Shown here in pieces: positions 16,912 to 19,889 of a stretch of 19,889 nucleotides of DNA (within the stretch, counting starts at the first letter, position 1; every line of letters begins with the position of its first letter). Position numbers and translations under genes: made by a program. This stretch comes from a bacterium (GTDB lineage Bacteria; DUMJ01): assembly GCA_049970495.1 (NCBI GenBank), contig JBMFMV010000032.1, positions 1 through 19,889 of the forward strand, in the 5' to 3' direction. The notes beneath the pieces are model-generated. The model was given only the letters and a program-made list of their open reading frames with translations. It was not told the origin of the DNA and made no database searches.

Positions 16912-18147
16912 ATGGTAAAAGAACAAAGAAATAGTATCTTAATAAGGTCCTTTCTCTTTTTTTATTATGCCGCTTGGGCACTAGTATTCTCTTTTATTCC
17001 TATATACCTCAAAGAATTGGGACTTTCAATAGGTGAAATAGGTTCTCTTTCAGCCCTTTCTGCTTTTATAGGAGCTCTTATTCAAACCCCTATCGGTAGC
17101 TTGTCTGATAAGATAAGGAAAAGAAAACCCTTTATTATCTTAGGCTTATTAGTAAATAGTCTTATATATTTCTTCTTATTTCCCAAATTAAGTGTTTATA
17201 AAGATTTCTTACTCATCTATACAGTTATTGGGCTATGTACGTATACTATCCTAACCGCTTCTAGTGTACTTATGGTAGACCTTAGCACTTCAGGAGAGCT
17301 AGGTAGAGGTTATGCTTCAAGTAGAATGTGGGGGAGTATTGGATTTCTAACAAGTATACTTCTAAGTGGACTGATAACTACATTAACTCAGGGCAAGGCT
17401 ATCTTTACAGTTATAAGTATCATATTTTTACTATCTGCCCTATTGGTGTCTCTTATAAAGGAACCGGAGAGGAAGGTAAATGTCCTAGTTCCTCAAATAA
17501 GAGGTTTTAGAAGATTAGTAACAAACAAACAGCTACTTAGCTTTCTACTTTTTTATTTCCTTTACTATACGACCCTTACTGGTGCCTCAAATAATGTCAA
17601 TCTCTTAGTAAAATCTTTAGGCGGCTCTAATAGAATGGTAAGTTTCTCTTATGCTATTAGTTCAGGGATAGAGATACCATTTATGTTTATTATGGGAAGT
17701 TTTTCAGATAAGATGGGTAGAAGACCCCTTTTAGTATTGGCATCTTTGGCTCTTCCATTAAGAATGATTTTATATAGTATGGCATCAAACCCCATACATA
17801 TTTTATGTATTCAGACTATGCATAGTGTTACTTTTGCTGTCATGGTAGTTGTTCCTGTAGCTTACATAAATGATATTATTCATGTTGAGGAGAGGGGAAC
17901 TGCTCAAGGAATGTTTAATATGACAACTGGCTTTGCTTCTGCGTTTGCTCCGTTTCTAGCTGGCTATATAGCAGATTTTGTTGGCATTTCTAAAATGTAT
18001 CTTTTCCTTATGCTACTGGCACTTGTCTCTAGTATCTGGTTAATCTGTTTTATTGAAGAATCTAGAGCCTCTAATACCCTAGTAGAAGATGGTTTTAAAT
18101 TACCTTTAAGGGTATTTTTTACCCCTTTATGTAGAAGAGTTAAGTGA
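16912..18147 (+). CDS. Major facilitator superfamily transporter (MFS_1-like)
   Basis: 411 aa, about 12 hydrophobic segments. Motif A twice (GSLSDKIRKRK, GSFSDKMGRR), RMWGSIGF, EIPFM, RGTAQG. Confidence 0.92.
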   Translation: MVKEQRNSILIRSFLFFYYAAWALVFSFIPIYLKELGLSIGEIGSLSALSAFIGALIQTPIGSLSDKIRKRKPFIILGLLVNSLIYFFLFPKLSVYKDFLLIYTVIGLCTYTILTASSVLMVDLSTSGELGRGYASSRMWGSIGFLTSILLSGLITTLTQGKAIFTVISIIFLLSALLVSLIKEPERKVNVLVPQIRGFRRLVTNKQLLSFLLFYFLYYTTLTGASNNVNLLVKSLGGSNRMVSFSYAISSGIEIPFMFIMGSFSDKMGRRPLLVLASLALPLRMILYSMASNPIHILCIQTMHSVTFAVMVVVPVAYINDIIHVEERGTAQGMFNMTTGFASAFAPFLAGYIADFVGISKMYLFLMLLALVSSIWLICFIEESRASNTLVEDGFKLPLRVFFTPLCRRVK

Positions 18148-18151
18148 GTAG

Positions 18152-18160
18152 TGGTATAAT
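18152..18160 (+). promoter_or_regulatory. Extended -10 promoter (TGnTATAAT) for HAD-rapZ-whiA
   Basis: TG-G-TATAAT is a perfect consensus in the 22-nt gap after the MFS stop. Nine nt separate it from ATG 18170, and there is no SD. Confidence 0.7.
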
Positions 18161-18169
18161 AATCTAGCT

Positions 18170-18967
18170 ATGATTAGAGTATTAGTTACAGACTTAGATG
18201 GTACAATATTGTTTAATGATATCTTCCCCAATATAGTAAGGGAAGGCGTTGAAAAACTTATTAAGCATGGCGTAAAGATATGCATAGCTAGTGGAAGAAT
18301 GTTGAGATCCATATACAACTATTATAAAGTCTTAAACTTAGATACACCTATCATAGCTTATAATGGTGCCATGATAGGAGACAAAACCCTCAATATCTTG
18401 TACCATGAACCAATTGAATTTCCTATATGGTTCCAGGTATTTAGGATATTACTAGAAGAAGACTTTCAGATTAATCTCTATTTTAACGATAAACTGTACA
18501 TATTTAGAAAAAATATATATGGGGATAGATATCCTCTACAGAATAAGGTTTCTGCAGAGTTTATAGATAATCTAGACAAGATTCCTAAGCTACCTACCAC
18601 TAAGATTCTTGGTATAGGTTCTCCAGAAAACGTAAAGACAACTCAAGCTAAACTTAAGAGAATATTTAATGGGAACCTTTATATAACTACGAGTAGTCCA
18701 ACATATCTAGAAATTATGAATAGTAACGTTTCAAAAGGAAAAGCTTTAAGATTACTTTCTAAAATAATAGGAATTCCCGTCTCAAGCATAGCTGGACTAG
18801 GAGATAGTTTCAATGATTTTGAACTGATACGAGATGCTGGCTTAGGGATTACCTTTAATAATGCTCCTGAGGAATTAAAGGATATTGCTGATTATGTAAC
18901 TCAGTATGATGCTCCTGAAGGATTTAGAGAGGTGGTGGAATTTATATTATGGAAGAATCGCTCTTAA
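18170..18967 (+). CDS. Cof-type HAD-IIB family hydrolase
   Basis: DLDGT, ASGR, YNGA, YLEI, SKG, GDSFND motifs. Confidence 0.93.
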   Translation: MIRVLVTDLDGTILFNDIFPNIVREGVEKLIKHGVKICIASGRMLRSIYNYYKVLNLDTPIIAYNGAMIGDKTLNILYHEPIEFPIWFQVFRILLEEDFQINLYFNDKLYIFRKNIYGDRYPLQNKVSAEFIDNLDKIPKLPTTKILGIGSPENVKTTQAKLKRIFNGNLYITTSSPTYLEIMNSNVSKGKALRLLSKIIGIPVSSIAGLGDSFNDFELIRDAGLGITFNNAPEELKDIADYVTQYDAPEGFREVVEFILWKNRS

Positions 18968-19818
18968 ACCTTATAATAATAACTGGTTTTTCTGGAGCAG
19001 GTAAGTCTTTAGCGATAAGATGCTACGAAGATATGGGTTATTTCTGTATAGATAATCTACCTGTTACTCTAATACCAAAACTTGTTGAACTTTGCCTTCA
19101 ATCTGAAGGCAAAATAAAAGATATAGCATTAGTTATAGATATAAGAGGTAAAGAATTTTTTGATTCATTAAGGAACTCTTTAGATTCGATTCATAAGATG
19201 GGTGTAAAAGAGAAGATTATATTCTTAGAGGCTTCAGAAGAGGTTTTGATAAGAAGATATAAAGAGACGCGTCGCCCTCATCCTCTAAGTGAATTTGGCT
19301 CTTTAACAGAGAGTATCCGAGAAGAAAGAAGGATATTAGAGCCTATTAGGGAGATAGCTGATTATGTTATAGATACTTCTAGAACCCCACCTTCTCAGTT
19401 AAAAGAAGTACTACAGAAGTTATCGCTTTTTAAGGCTAAAGATACTATTGTCTTTAATCTTGAATCTTTTGGATACAAGTTTGGATTACCACTTGATGCG
19501 GACTTATTATTAGATGTAAGGTTTTTGAATAACCCATTCTATGAGCCAGAGCTAAGACTAAAAACCGGATTGGATAAAGAAGTAAAAGATTATGTAATGA
19601 AAGATGACTCAGCGGAGAGGTTTCTAAGGAAGATTGAAGATTTTATAGAGTTTCTCATCCCTCAGTATGCAAAGTTAGGTAAATATCAGATAACTATCGC
19701 TGTTGGTTGTACAGGAGGAAGACATAGATCCCCGGCGATTGTAGAGATCTTGAAAGATCGCTTAGAAGAGAAAGGATATAAGGTGGTAGTTCACCATAGA
19801 GATATAGAAGCTGAATAG
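18949..19818 (+). CDS. rapZ: RNase adapter / nucleotide-binding protein RapZ (YvcJ)
   Basis: ITGFSGAGKS, GYFCIDNLP, DIR, RRYKETRRPHP, SFGYKFG, DVRFL.NP, GCTGGRHRS, HRD. Confidence 0.96.
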   Translation: MEESLLNLIIITGFSGAGKSLAIRCYEDMGYFCIDNLPVTLIPKLVELCLQSEGKIKDIALVIDIRGKEFFDSLRNSLDSIHKMGVKEKIIFLEASEEVLIRRYKETRRPHPLSEFGSLTESIREERRILEPIREIADYVIDTSRTPPSQLKEVLQKLSLFKAKDTIVFNLESFGYKFGLPLDADLLLDVRFLNNPFYEPELRLKTGLDKEVKDYVMKDDSAERFLRKIEDFIEFLIPQYAKLGKYQITIAVGCTGGRHRSPAIVEILKDRLEEKGYKVVVHHRDIEAE

Positions 19819-19822
19819 GGCT

Positions 19823-19889
19823 GTGAGAGGATATTCAGAGACTTTAAGGTTTGAACTCTGTAAAAAAATACCCGGCAATATTCAAGAGG
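19823..19889 (+). CDS. whiA: Partial CDS cut by the window edge; probable DNA-binding protein WhiA
   Basis: GTG start, reading MRGYSETLRFELCKKIPGNIQE. This resembles the WhiA N-terminus (SFS.E.K.EL), and rapZ-(yvcK)-whiA synteny is well known. Only 22 codons are visible. Confidence 0.5.
   Translation, partial: MRGYSETLRFELCKKIPGNIQE

Noticed and set aside
565..18318. Short minus-strand ORFs (60-136 aa) and the nested plus-strand ORF 17328-17510
   Set aside because: All lie wholly or mostly over well-supported genes and show no recognisable motifs; they are shadow ORFs.

Overview
An AT-rich, all plus-strand, tightly packed bacterial core-genome segment. It holds 19 complete CDSs and a partial CDS at the right edge. 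The Lys/Glu/Ile-rich proteins suggest a thermophile and the Fe-S-type Cys motifs suggest an anaerobe (both inference; the taxon cannot be assigned). Gene order: a 301-nt purine-rich leader with hairpins; a URO-D/MtaA-like protein and an orphan family-5 ABC substrate-binding protein, closed by an intrinsic terminator; PMM/PGM, murJ and a long-chain acyl-CoA synthetase; M50 protease, trpS, rluB, cmk, plsC, lepA, hemW; an aldo/keto-reductase-like protein; an HD protein, a LUD-domain protein and an MFS transporter; a Cof HAD hydrolase, rapZ and a probable whiA start. I see no mobile element, CRISPR array, RNA gene or defence system, and no convincingly novel multi-gene system. Best leads: (i) rluB has an intact N-terminal S4 domain overlapping trpS but no canonical start codon, at the site where scpAB usually sits; (ii) TrpRS carries a 4-Cys [4Fe-4S]-type motif; (iii) the unexplained structured 5' leader; (iv) the URO-D-like plus orphan SBP unit; (v) two near-leaderless promoters, one preceded by a perfect palindrome; (vi) rapZ and whiA without yvcK.
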